Assembly: GCA_045565315.1 (NCBI GenBank)
Contig: JBJLFO010000001.1
Span: 209,542 to 273,541, forward strand
Direction of reading: 5' to 3'
Source of the DNA: Alphaproteobacteria bacterium
GTDB lineage: Bacteria; Pseudomonadota; Alphaproteobacteria; Rhizobiales; TMED25
Length of the DNA: 64,000 bases
The position numbers were made by a program, and so were the translations under genes. Under the pieces are notes generated by a model. The model was not told the DNA's origin. It was given only the letters and a program-made list of their open reading frames with translations, and did not search any database. Positions 52,811 through 60,468 of the stretch are shown here, piece by piece. Position 1 is the first letter of the stretch, and each line of letters starts with the position of its first letter.

Positions 52811-54018
52811 CACCCTTTTTAGAAGCATTGTTTCTTCAAGCAGGCTATAATGCTGCGCTTGTTACTCTAGGAGCTACTCTTCTTGGGTTTGCAGCCGGAT
52901 CTTCAGGGACATTCCTTTTTTTGCGCAAACGAGCGCTTGTCTCAGATGCAATTGCTCATGCTACATTACCTGGTGTTGGGCTTGCCTTTATTTTTATGGT
53001 TTTACTCGGAGGTGATGGTCGAAACCTCATTGGTCTTCTTGCCGGGTCAGCTATTACAGCTTTTATTGGACTGGTCATAATTGAATGGATTTCTCGACGA
53101 ACTAGACTACCTGAAGACGCAGCTATCGGTGCTGTTCTTGGTGTTTTTTTTGGTTTTGGTATTGTTATTCTTACCATTATTCAGACGATGAGTGCAGGAA
53201 GACAAGCAGGGCTTGAGAGTTTTCTCTTGGGGTCAACAGCTGGAATGCTATATCAGGATGCCATCATAATATCTATCGGTGGCTTTCTTAGTATTTTCTT
53301 TACTTGGTTAATGAGAAGACCTTTAACTTTAGTTGCTTTTGATCAAGATTATGCTTCAGCAATGGGATATAATATTCGTCAAATTGATCTAATTATGATG
53401 GGAATAGTTCTTGCAGTAACAGTAATTGGTATGAAGTTAGTAGGTTTAATTCTTATTGTTGCAATGCTTATCATTCCCCCTGTTGCAGCAAGGTTTTGGA
53501 CTAATCGGTCATACCGAGTTATTTGGATAGCAGGCGGTATTGGAGGAATTTCAGGTTTTATGGGAGCAGTATTATCAGCCTCTGCGCCAGCTCTCCCGAC
53601 TGGACCTATTATAGTGCTTGTCTCGTCGACAATTTTCATATTTTCTTTTTTACTAGCTCCTGAACGTGGAATATTCTCAGCTATAATTCAATTCCACCGA
53701 TTCAAAGCAGACCTTCATCGAAGACAAGGGTTGTTAATGCTTGCTGCAGGGCAGCAAATTACAAGCGATTATACATTTAAACTTCTTACAAGAGAGAAGC
53801 TTTTGGGTGCTGATGGTATTATTACTGAATCTGGTAAAAATTTGATGGATAAAGTATCTATGGATGAAAGAAGATGGAAGATTGCCAGAAAAATATATCC
53901 AGAACAGGAACTTAGCAGCTATTATAATAGAATAACGCCAATTGAAGATATCTTCACTACTGAAGAGATAGCTGAATTTGATCTTCAGATCAATTCTTAT
54001 AGTGTTATTGGAGAGTGA
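52807..54018 (+). CDS. Metal ABC transporter permease (ABC-3 family) with an extra ~108-aa C-terminal soluble domain
   Basis: Track ORF of 403 aa. The ABC-3 membrane core spans ~295 aa. The tail is FHRFKADLHRRQGLLMLAAGQQITSDYTFKLLTREKLLGADGIITESGKNLMDKVSMDERRWKIARKIY... Confidence 0.85.
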   Translation: MTPFLEALFLQAGYNAALVTLGATLLGFAAGSSGTFLFLRKRALVSDAIAHATLPGVGLAFIFMVLLGGDGRNLIGLLAGSAITAFIGLVIIEWISRRTRLPEDAAIGAVLGVFFGFGIVILTIIQTMSAGRQAGLESFLLGSTAGMLYQDAIIISIGGFLSIFFTWLMRRPLTLVAFDQDYASAMGYNIRQIDLIMMGIVLAVTVIGMKLVGLILIVAMLIIPPVAARFWTNRSYRVIWIAGGIGGISGFMGAVLSASAPALPTGPIIVLVSSTIFIFSFLLAPERGIFSAIIQFHRFKADLHRRQGLLMLAAGQQITSDYTFKLLTREKLLGADGIITESGKNLMDKVSMDERRWKIARKIYPEQELSSYYNRITPIEDIFTTEEIAEFDLQINSYSVIGE

Positions 54019-54941
54019 TAATGATTACTGAATTTATCCAATTTTCTTTGACGCCTATATTGATTGGAATATTTTCCGCAATCGCATGCGCACTACCTGG
54101 TAACTTCTTAATTCTTCGTCAAGAATCACTAATGGGTGATGCCATTAGCCATGTTGTTCTACCGGGGGTAGTAATTGCATTTCTTATTACAGGCAGTGTA
54201 GCAACAGTACCAATGCTAATAGGAGCTACCAGCGCGGCCATCATTGCGGTAATTCTCATTGAAGCCATTAAAAGATTAGGAAATATTGAACCAGGCGCAG
54301 CTATGGGTGTGGTATTCACGACTATGTTTGCAAGTGGGGTTCTAATCCTAGAACAGACAGATACTAGTAAAGTTCACCTTGACGTTGAACATGCACTAAT
54401 GGGTAATTTAGAGTCACTAGTATGGCTCAAAGCTGAGGGCTGGCAATCACTATTCGATCCAGTTGCAATTTTAGCACTGCCTGACGAATTACCGCGCATC
54501 GCCATTGTTTGTCTCTCTATATCTATTCTAATATTCATATTCTGGCGATGGCTTAAGATCGCAACTTTTGACAACGGTTTTGCTAGATCTTTGGGTATAC
54601 CTACATCTACTATTAACTTTGGATTAATGCTAATAACGGCTTTAGCTGCTGTTGCAGCATTTGACTCGGTTGGCTCAATTATTGTTATCGCAATGTTCAT
54701 TTGCCCCCCAGCTGCTGCGAGATTGATGACTAATAAACTTCTTTACCAGATCTGGTGGTCAGTTGCTTTTGCGACGTTATCAGCAATACTAGGCTACATA
54801 CTAGCTGGCTATGGGCCACTATGGTTCGGTGCAGAAAATGCGCTTAGTGCTGCTGGCATGATTGCCGTTGTATCAGGCATTATTTTAGGATTGGCATGTA
54901 CATTTGGCCCAAACATAAGCCACAGCTCAACCGGTAACTAA
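54015..54941 (+). CDS. Metal ABC transporter permease (ABC-3 family), second subunit
   Basis: Track ORF of 308 aa, multi-TM, paralogous to the preceding permease core. Confidence 0.88.
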   Translation: MIMITEFIQFSLTPILIGIFSAIACALPGNFLILRQESLMGDAISHVVLPGVVIAFLITGSVATVPMLIGATSAAIIAVILIEAIKRLGNIEPGAAMGVVFTTMFASGVLILEQTDTSKVHLDVEHALMGNLESLVWLKAEGWQSLFDPVAILALPDELPRIAIVCLSISILIFIFWRWLKIATFDNGFARSLGIPTSTINFGLMLITALAAVAAFDSVGSIIVIAMFICPPAAARLMTNKLLYQIWWSVAFATLSAILGYILAGYGPLWFGAENALSAAGMIAVVSGIILGLACTFGPNISHSSTGN

Positions 54942-54942
54942 A

Positions 54943-55923
54943 TTAGTCAAGTTTAACCCACTCATATTCATTTTGAGCTGATTTCACCATAGCCTCAAAA
55001 GCGGCTACACCATAGATTGCCTCTTCACTTGTAACTGGAAATGCTTTTTTCCCCTCAACATCATCAGCAAATGCCTCAAGAGCTAAACCAACAATATTAG
55101 TAGGTGGATAATCTTTAACAGATTCCTTATTATCTAGTGTTTTCTTTATTAGCCTAGTTTCAGCATCCATTAACAAATAACCCTTTGAACCATATACATG
55201 TAATCTCCAGATATCAGCTGTTACATAGATTGTACCCAGATATCCTGAAATACCACTTTTAAATTTCATCATCATTGAAGTTGTATCATCTAAATCAAAG
55301 TCTAGAACTCTTCTCTCGCTTATACATGATATTCTGTCAACTTCACCTGCTATACTTATCATTGCATCCATTACGTGAGTTCCTCTAGCAGCCATCGCTC
55401 CCCCTGGACTCTCTTCTTTTTTTGCCCTCCACATGCCATCTTTTAATTTATATGCACTTGGTCCAGATTGCTCACCTTCTATATGAAGCACCTGACCAAT
55501 TTCACCATCCTTAACCATATTCATCAAATCTAGATATGCTGGCTGAAATCTTCTACTAAACCCAATACCAAGTTTTAAATTTTTTTTCTTCAAAGCATCT
55601 AAACATCTTACGGCATCAGCTTTTGTTAATGTTAGTGGTTTTTCAGCAAACACATGCTTATCATGTTCAGCCGCAGCAATAATTTGTTCGGCGTGCATAG
55701 AGTGCGGTGTTGTTAATATAACAGCGTCTATTGATTTATCATTAAGAACCTCTTGGTATGTTTTATAGAGATGTAAACCATTTTCAGACAAAAAATCTTT
55801 ATGATTCTCAGTATTCCTCGAGCAAGCTCCAGTTATTTTAATTTTTTCACTCATTTTAATAGAGTCAATTGAATGTTTTCCCCACCAACCCAATCCGATC
55901 ATTGCTGCATTTATCATATTCAA
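54943..55923 (-). CDS. Gfo/Idh/MocA-family NAD(P)-dependent oxidoreductase, copy 2
   Basis: Track ORF. MIGLGWWGK Rossmann start and FAEKPLT motif. Paralogue of 43554..44543. Confidence 0.85.
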   Translation of the reverse strand: MNMINAAMIGLGWWGKHSIDSIKMSEKIKITGACSRNTENHKDFLSENGLHLYKTYQEVLNDKSIDAVILTTPHSMHAEQIIAAAEHDKHVFAEKPLTLTKADAVRCLDALKKKNLKLGIGFSRRFQPAYLDLMNMVKDGEIGQVLHIEGEQSGPSAYKLKDGMWRAKKEESPGGAMAARGTHVMDAMISIAGEVDRISCISERRVLDFDLDDTTSMMMKFKSGISGYLGTIYVTADIWRLHVYGSKGYLLMDAETRLIKKTLDNKESVKDYPPTNIVGLALEAFADDVEGKKAFPVTSEEAIYGVAAFEAMVKSAQNEYEWVKLD

Positions 55924-55984
55924 ATCCTTTCTATTCTGATATATTTATAGCAGTTTTAGTAATTTTTGTAATATTAAATTTTAA

Positions 55985-56326
55985 ATGTTCGATCAATATC
56001 ACTGGAAATATCGCTTACTGATTTATTATTATGATCACTCAGATAAAAATAATAAAGACCTTATAAAATCAGAGAAATTCATTTCTAAAAACAAAGATGC
56101 GGTTGATGAGAGGAAAATTATATTCTTACCTATCTATAACATTGACTCAACTTGGAATTTAGCTGATATATTTAACAAAAATGGATTTGGATTTTATCTT
56201 ATTGGATTAGATGGCCAAATAAAGAAATTCTCAAAAAAAATAAGTCTACTTGATAACCTATTTTCTATAATTGATAACATGCCAATGCGACAGAGTGAGA
56301 TAAAGAATTATGTCCCCACTCAGTAA
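55985..56326 (+). CDS. DUF4174-like small protein
   Basis: Track ORF. ...FYLIGLDGQIKKF...IDNMPMRQSE resembles my recollection of the DUF4174 signature (LIGKDG...ID.MPMR..E). No signal peptide is evident. Confidence 0.5.
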   Translation: MFDQYHWKYRLLIYYYDHSDKNNKDLIKSEKFISKNKDAVDERKIIFLPIYNIDSTWNLADIFNKNGFGFYLIGLDGQIKKFSKKISLLDNLFSIIDNMPMRQSEIKNYVPTQ

Positions 56327-56690
56327 AAAACAAGCTTTTACGAGTATCCGAGATATAATCTTAATTAGCCTATTTATCTATGTCATTGAAGAATATGTAT
56401 TAAGTGTTGAAAATGCTCAAGTACGCTATTTATTTATAGCTTTAATTATTATAAGTTTCTTATACTGCATTCTAAAATTTCTTTCTGCGCTATTAACATC
56501 ATCAATAATAGTTATAAGAGTTGGCTCTTATTTCCATCAAGAGAAAAGTATTCGGAATATAAACTCCGACTTGATTACATTATTAAGCTTATTTATTTAT
56601 CTATATTTACTATCAATCAATATCAGCGCATTCGAAAAAATAAATAAAATAGACTTTTATCTATTGATTTATAAAGTTATAAGCTTTTAG
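56310..56690 (+). CDS. Hypothetical membrane protein
   Basis: Track ORF with 3-4 hydrophobic helices in a very AT-rich region. No family recognised. Confidence 0.4.
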   Translation: MSPLSKKQAFTSIRDIILISLFIYVIEEYVLSVENAQVRYLFIALIIISFLYCILKFLSALLTSSIIVIRVGSYFHQEKSIRNINSDLITLLSLFIYLYLLSINISAFEKINKIDFYLLIYKVISF

Positions 56691-56787
56691 AAAAAATATT
56701 GAATATGGATATTTTGTAATAAATTTTTCATAAGAACTTGAAAACATATCTACAGTGATTCTTAATCTATTATGGGAGATAATAAAA

Positions 56788-57000
56788 ATGGGTAAGGAAT
56801 ATATAAAAGAAATATTGCTAAATGGACTGAATTCCGGGCTAAGTTATGATATTGAGAGTTTCTTCCAATATTATTATAAATCAGATAATAAAATATTTCA
56901 AAAAGATGTAGAAAATATAAAAGTTTCTTTGATGGATGCTAATATTCAATCAACCTTAGATAAATCAATATCACGTTATACAGAAAATATTTGTTATTAG
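56788..57000 (+). CDS. Hypothetical small protein (70 aa)
   Basis: Track ORF 56755..57000 trimmed to the ATG at 56788, which is preceded by a GGGAGA RBS. No family recognised. Confidence 0.35.
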   Translation: MGKEYIKEILLNGLNSGLSYDIESFFQYYYKSDNKIFQKDVENIKVSLMDANIQSTLDKSISRYTENICY

Positions 57001-57041
57001 TATTTTATGATCATTGCTTTTATTTTTAGATATTAGCATAT

Positions 57042-57086
57042 TGGCGGGCCCGGTAGGATTCGAACCTACGACCAATTGATTAAGAG
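57042..57086 (-). pseudogene. 3' fragment (45 nt) of tRNA-Lys(CUU): anticodon loop to CCA, with no 5' half
   Basis: The minus strand reads CTCTTAA-TCAAT-TGGTC-GTAGG-TTCGAAT-CCTAC-CGGGCCC-G-CCA. The next 5 nt (TTGTT) cannot pair with TCAAT, and no GGGCCCG 5' acceptor strand is present upstream. Confidence 0.8.
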
Positions 57087-57180
57087 AACAAGATATATTT
57101 TGCAATCGATTGATGACCAACGCTTTCCTGCCATTTTGTCTCATATTTGGGACACCAAAACTTCCTAACTACCGATATTT

Positions 57181-57200
57181 TTGGAAGTCATGTGGAAGTC
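57181..57200 (+). repeat. Tandem direct 9-mers TGGAAGTCA x2 (11-nt phase)
   Basis: TGGAAGTCA-TG-TGGAAGTCA, read directly, ~95 nt from the tRNA stub. Confidence 0.6.
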
Positions 57201-57300
57201 AAAATGGAACAGTTAGTGTACCTATTTGCAATCATATATCGAAAGATGTTAATGACAAGTAAAACTTTGATGTATTTTGGAATGTCGCACTCTATGGGGG

Positions 57301-57357
57301 AAATGCATAAATAAACACTTACAGTTCTATATAGTCAACTCGGTATATTTTGGTGTT
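57301..57357 (+). repeat. Repeat B, copy 1 (partner at 62787..62843)
   Basis: 45/57 identical to copy 2 with no indels. Conserved blocks AAATGCATAAATAAACA(C/T)TTACA and GTATATTTTG(G/A)TGTT are separated by a same-length diverged spacer. Confidence 0.8.
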
Positions 57358-58510
57358 TTCAGAGGCAGCAACTTTGACTGTTTTGCCAAAAAAATTTAGC
57401 GTAATCGCAAGAACGGATAGTGCTCCTTATGCAGCTATCGCCGATGAAGCTCGCAAGTATTATGGTCTACAGTTTCATCCCGAGGTGTACCACACACCAG
57501 ATGGAAAAAATATAATCAAAAACTTTTTAGATATATGCGGCGTCAGCTTTGATTGGACAATGGCGAGCTTCTTTGAAACTCAAAAATCAAATATATTGGC
57601 TAAAGTTAAAAGCAGCAAGGTGATCTGCGGGCTCTCTGGAGGGGTAGATTCTTCAGTTGTGGCAGTGCTTTTACACAAAATTCTGGGCGATCAGCTTACC
57701 TGTATATATATAGATAATGGTTTGATGAGAAAGAATGAGTCAGAGCAAGTAGTATCTATGTTTAAGGAGAATTATAATATTCCACTCATTCATGTTGATG
57801 CCAAAGAAATATTCCTAAGAAAATTAGAGGGTGTTACCGATCCAGAGCAAAAACGAAAGATAATAGGTAATGTATTTATTGATGTTTTTGATGAAGAGGC
57901 TTCAAAAATTGGTAATGTTGAATTTCTTGCGCAGGGAACATTATATCCCGATGTAATTGAAAGTATCAGTTTTACGGGTGGCCCCTCAGTAACGATAAAA
58001 AGTCATCATAATGTTGGGGGCTTACCGGAGAAAATGAATTTAAAATTAATAGAACCACTACGCCAGTTATTTAAAGATGAAGTAAGGATATTAGGTAGAG
58101 AGCTCGGTCTTCCAGAGTCATTTATAGCACGACATCCTTTTCCAGGACCAGGCCTTGCCATCAGATGCCCTGGTGAAATAACAGAAGAAAAGCTTGAAAT
58201 ACTGAGGAATGCTGATGAGATATACATCAATGAAATAAAAAAAGCTGGGCTTTATGATGAGATTTGGCAAGCATTCGCGGTACTGCTTCCAACAAGGTCA
58301 GTTGGTGTCATGGGAGATGCAAGAACGTATGAATATGTATGTGCATTGAGAGCGGTTACATCAGTTGATGGTATGACCGCAGATATATATCATTTTGATA
58401 GTGATTTCCTATCCCTTTTATCAAATAAGATCATAAATTCTGTAAAAGGTATTAATCGTGTCGTCTATGATATTACTTCAAAACCACCAGGCACAATCGA
58501 GTGGGAATGA
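57350..58510 (+). CDS. guaA: GMP synthase lacking the N-terminal ~140 aa (GATase catalytic Cys region absent); ATP-pyrophosphatase and dimerisation domains intact
   Basis: Track ORF of 386 aa. YGLQFHPEV (His/Glu of the GATase triad), the [10 protein letters not shown]-loop and C-terminal ...KPPGTIEWE are all present. The frame is closed by a TAG at 57332-57334, and the first ~8 codons (VFSEAATL) do not match the conserved W-M-S-H-G-D region. Confidence 0.85.
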   Translation: MVFSEAATLTVLPKKFSVIARTDSAPYAAIADEARKYYGLQFHPEVYHTPDGKNIIKNFLDICGVSFDWTMASFFETQKSNILAKVKSSKVICGLSGGVDSSVVAVLLHKILGDQLTCIYIDNGLMRKNESEQVVSMFKENYNIPLIHVDAKEIFLRKLEGVTDPEQKRKIIGNVFIDVFDEEASKIGNVEFLAQGTLYPDVIESISFTGGPSVTIKSHHNVGGLPEKMNLKLIEPLRQLFKDEVRILGRELGLPESFIARHPFPGPGLAIRCPGEITEEKLEILRNADEIYINEIKKAGLYDEIWQAFAVLLPTRSVGVMGDARTYEYVCALRAVTSVDGMTADIYHFDSDFLSLLSNKIINSVKGINRVVYDITSKPPGTIEWE

Positions 58511-58612
58511 TATAATAAAAACAATAGTTTATAGCCATTTATACTCCTATGATAGCTCTAAGGGGCGCCTCTCTTCGTACATTTAACGTGCAAAAAATTT
58601 TCTGTTGATAAA

Positions 58613-58698
58613 AAAAAATTCACATAATTGAAAAGAATTTATAAAGAAAATATAACATCTACAACTGCAAGCTGAGTGTAATAACGAGGCGCGAATGC
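58613..58698 (+). repeat. Repeat A, copy 1 = phnC promoter/5'UTR/start codon (partner at 62706..62792)
   Basis: About 84% identical to copy 2 (1 indel). 29-nt perfect core ATAATTGAAAAGAATTTATAAAGAAAATA. Confidence 0.85.
58628..58656 (+). promoter_or_regulatory. Candidate sigma-70 promoter of the phn operon
   Basis: TTGAAA (58628-58633), a 17-nt spacer, then TATAAC (58651-58656). GAGG RBS 5 nt before the phnC ATG at 58695. Confidence 0.5.
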
Positions 58699-59492
58699 TT
58701 AAAATTAATAATCTGACAAAAAAATTTGGATCCAATATTGCTGTAAATTCGGTTTCAATAGAGGTTGAAAAACCAATAATGCTAGGCATAATCGGTGCTT
58801 CTGGAGCAGGAAAATCTACCCTTTTAAGAATGATAAACCGATTAGAAACAGAAACATCCGGGAGCATTTACTACGAAGGAATTCCAATATCCGATTTAAA
58901 AGGCGCAGCAAAATCACGATGGCAATCGGATTGCGCAATGGTTTTTCAACAATTCAATTTAGTCCCTCGAATGGATGTGGTAAGTAATGTGCTTCATGGT
59001 ACATTAAATAAAAGATCTACTTTCACTACATTTTTCAATTTATATCCGAGATCTGATATCGATAACGCCATTGAAATTTTGGGTCGCCTTGGAGTCGAAG
59101 AGCAAGCCGCCAAAAGAGCCGAACTTCTCTCTGGCGGGCAGCAACAGAGGGTTGCTATTGCAAGAGCGTTGATGCAAGATCCAAAAATAATCTTAGCTGA
59201 TGAGCCGATTGCCTCCCTAGATCCGATGAATGCTCAGATTGTAATGGAAACTCTTCGTCGAATACATGACGAAGATGGGCGAACTATAATTACGAACCTT
59301 CACACATTAGATACAGCAAGAAAATACTGTGATCGTTTGATTGGTATGCGAACTGGTAATGTAGTTTTTGACGGGACACCTTCTGAACTAACAACAGATA
59401 TAGCCCGCGAAGTGTATGGTGCTGACTCTAGTTTTTCTGAGGCAGCAACATCATCAACTGAAATTGGAGAACTAAGTTCAGTTTCAGTTTAA
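58695..59492 (+). CDS. phnC: Phosphonate ABC transporter ATP-binding protein
   Basis: Track [15 protein letters not shown] Walker [28 protein letters not shown]. PhnC-type sequence and phnCDE context. Confidence 0.9.
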   Translation: MLKINNLTKKFGSNIAVNSVSIEVEKPIMLGIIGASGAGKSTLLRMINRLETETSGSIYYEGIPISDLKGAAKSRWQSDCAMVFQQFNLVPRMDVVSNVLHGTLNKRSTFTTFFNLYPRSDIDNAIEILGRLGVEEQAAKRAELLSGGQQQRVAIARALMQDPKIILADEPIASLDPMNAQIVMETLRRIHDEDGRTIITNLHTLDTARKYCDRLIGMRTGNVVFDGTPSELTTDIAREVYGADSSFSEAATSSTEIGELSSVSV

Positions 59493-59501
59493 TTTTAATC
59501 A

Positions 59502-59522
59502 ACCCACTAAAATACAGTGGGT
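59502..59522 (+). other. Intercistronic stem-loop between phnC and phnD
   Basis: ACCCACT-aaaatac-AGTGGGT (7-bp stem). No U-tract. Confidence 0.45.
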
Positions 59523-59546
59523 AATGGTAATTAGAGGAGATAAATT

Positions 59547-60455
59547 ATGAAAAAATTACTATCAGCAATTATTGCTACTACAATGCTATCGACCGCTGCA
59601 TTTGCAGGTGGACATTCAATATCTGAGTTTCGTATTGGGATTCTTGGAGGTGAAAACGCTCAAGACCGTATGACAAATAATGAATGTTTTCGTCAAAAAG
59701 CTGAAGATTTGCTTGGCGTCCCTGCAAAAATATTTGCTCCAGCAGATTACGATGGAGTCATTCAAGGACTTTTAGGGGGCACTATTGATATGGCTTGGCT
59801 GGGTGCGTCAGGCTATGCTAAAACCTATATTTCAAATCCAGATGCAGTAGAACCAATCGTAGTTGCGGTAAATATGGACGGTGGCTACGGTTATTACTCA
59901 GTTGGTTTTGCCAGAAAGGATAGTGGTATAAAATCACTTGATGATATGAAAGGTAAAGTATTTGGTTTTGGTGATCCTAACTCAACGTCAGGGTACTTAA
60001 TACCATCTATTGAAATACCGCAAGCAACTGGTGCAACAATGGAATCGGGGGACTATTTTGGTGAAGTTAAGTTCACTGGTGGCCATGAGCAAACTATTGT
60101 TGCAGTAAATAATGGCGATGTTGACGGGGGTGTAACTTGGGCCGATGGGCTTGGTGAATGGGAAGACGGTTTCAATGCTGGCGCATTAAGGAAAGCAGTT
60201 GATGCAGGTCTGGTAGATATGAATGACATGGTGCAGATTTGGCAATCTAAGCCAATTCCAGAGGGGCCAGTTGTACTAAGAAAAGATCTTCCATCAGACG
60301 TAAAGGTTAAGATCACAGCTCTCACAGCGAGTTTGAAATCAATGGACCCAGAATGCGCATACGGGGTGTTTGCCGGTGACAGACTGGGAGTAATGCCAAT
60401 AGATCATGAGGCATACGAAATCATCGTAGAGGCTCGTAAGTTAAAATCTAACTAA
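59547..60455 (+). CDS. phnD: Phosphonate (or phosphite) ABC transporter substrate-binding protein
   Basis: Track ORF with a signal peptide. PhnD-family motifs (GDPNSTSGYLIP, W...G). GGAGA RBS. Confidence 0.88.
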   Translation: MKKLLSAIIATTMLSTAAFAGGHSISEFRIGILGGENAQDRMTNNECFRQKAEDLLGVPAKIFAPADYDGVIQGLLGGTIDMAWLGASGYAKTYISNPDAVEPIVVAVNMDGGYGYYSVGFARKDSGIKSLDDMKGKVFGFGDPNSTSGYLIPSIEIPQATGATMESGDYFGEVKFTGGHEQTIVAVNNGDVDGGVTWADGLGEWEDGFNAGALRKAVDAGLVDMNDMVQIWQSKPIPEGPVVLRKDLPSDVKVKITALTASLKSMDPECAYGVFAGDRLGVMPIDHEAYEIIVEARKLKSN

Positions 60456-60468
60456 AAAGTAAATGTAA

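Noticed and set aside
57042-57125. Whether the tRNA-like piece is a complete unusual tRNA or the acceptor piece of a two-piece (permuted) alphaproteobacterial tmRNA
   Set aside because: No 5' acceptor strand, D-arm or anticodon-stem partner exists within ~90 nt. The loop-stem-variable segment matches tRNA-Lys closely (cf. E. coli ...CTTTTAATCAATTGGTCGCAGGTTCGAATCC...). The acceptor has a G discriminator and no G:U third pair, unlike the tmRNA alanine identity.
57203-57312. 36-aa ORF (MEQLVYLFAIIYRKMLMTSKTLMYFGMSHSMGEMHK) ending at the conserved ATGCATAAATAA of repeat B1
   Set aside because: No RBS or homology. Only the last three codons are shared with the B2 copy, so the long form is probably fortuitous.
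58613-58660. Pho-box (PhoB binding site) in the phnC promoter region
   Set aside because: 11-nt phased segments can be drawn (TTCACATAATT / GAAAAGAATTT ...), but they match the CTGTCAT-type consensus at only ~4/7 in one repeat and not at all in the next. Not supportable by eye.
58583-58867. 94-aa minus-strand ORF spanning repeat A1 and the phnC start
   Set aside because: It is antisense to the conserved phnC Walker-A region and has no independent support.
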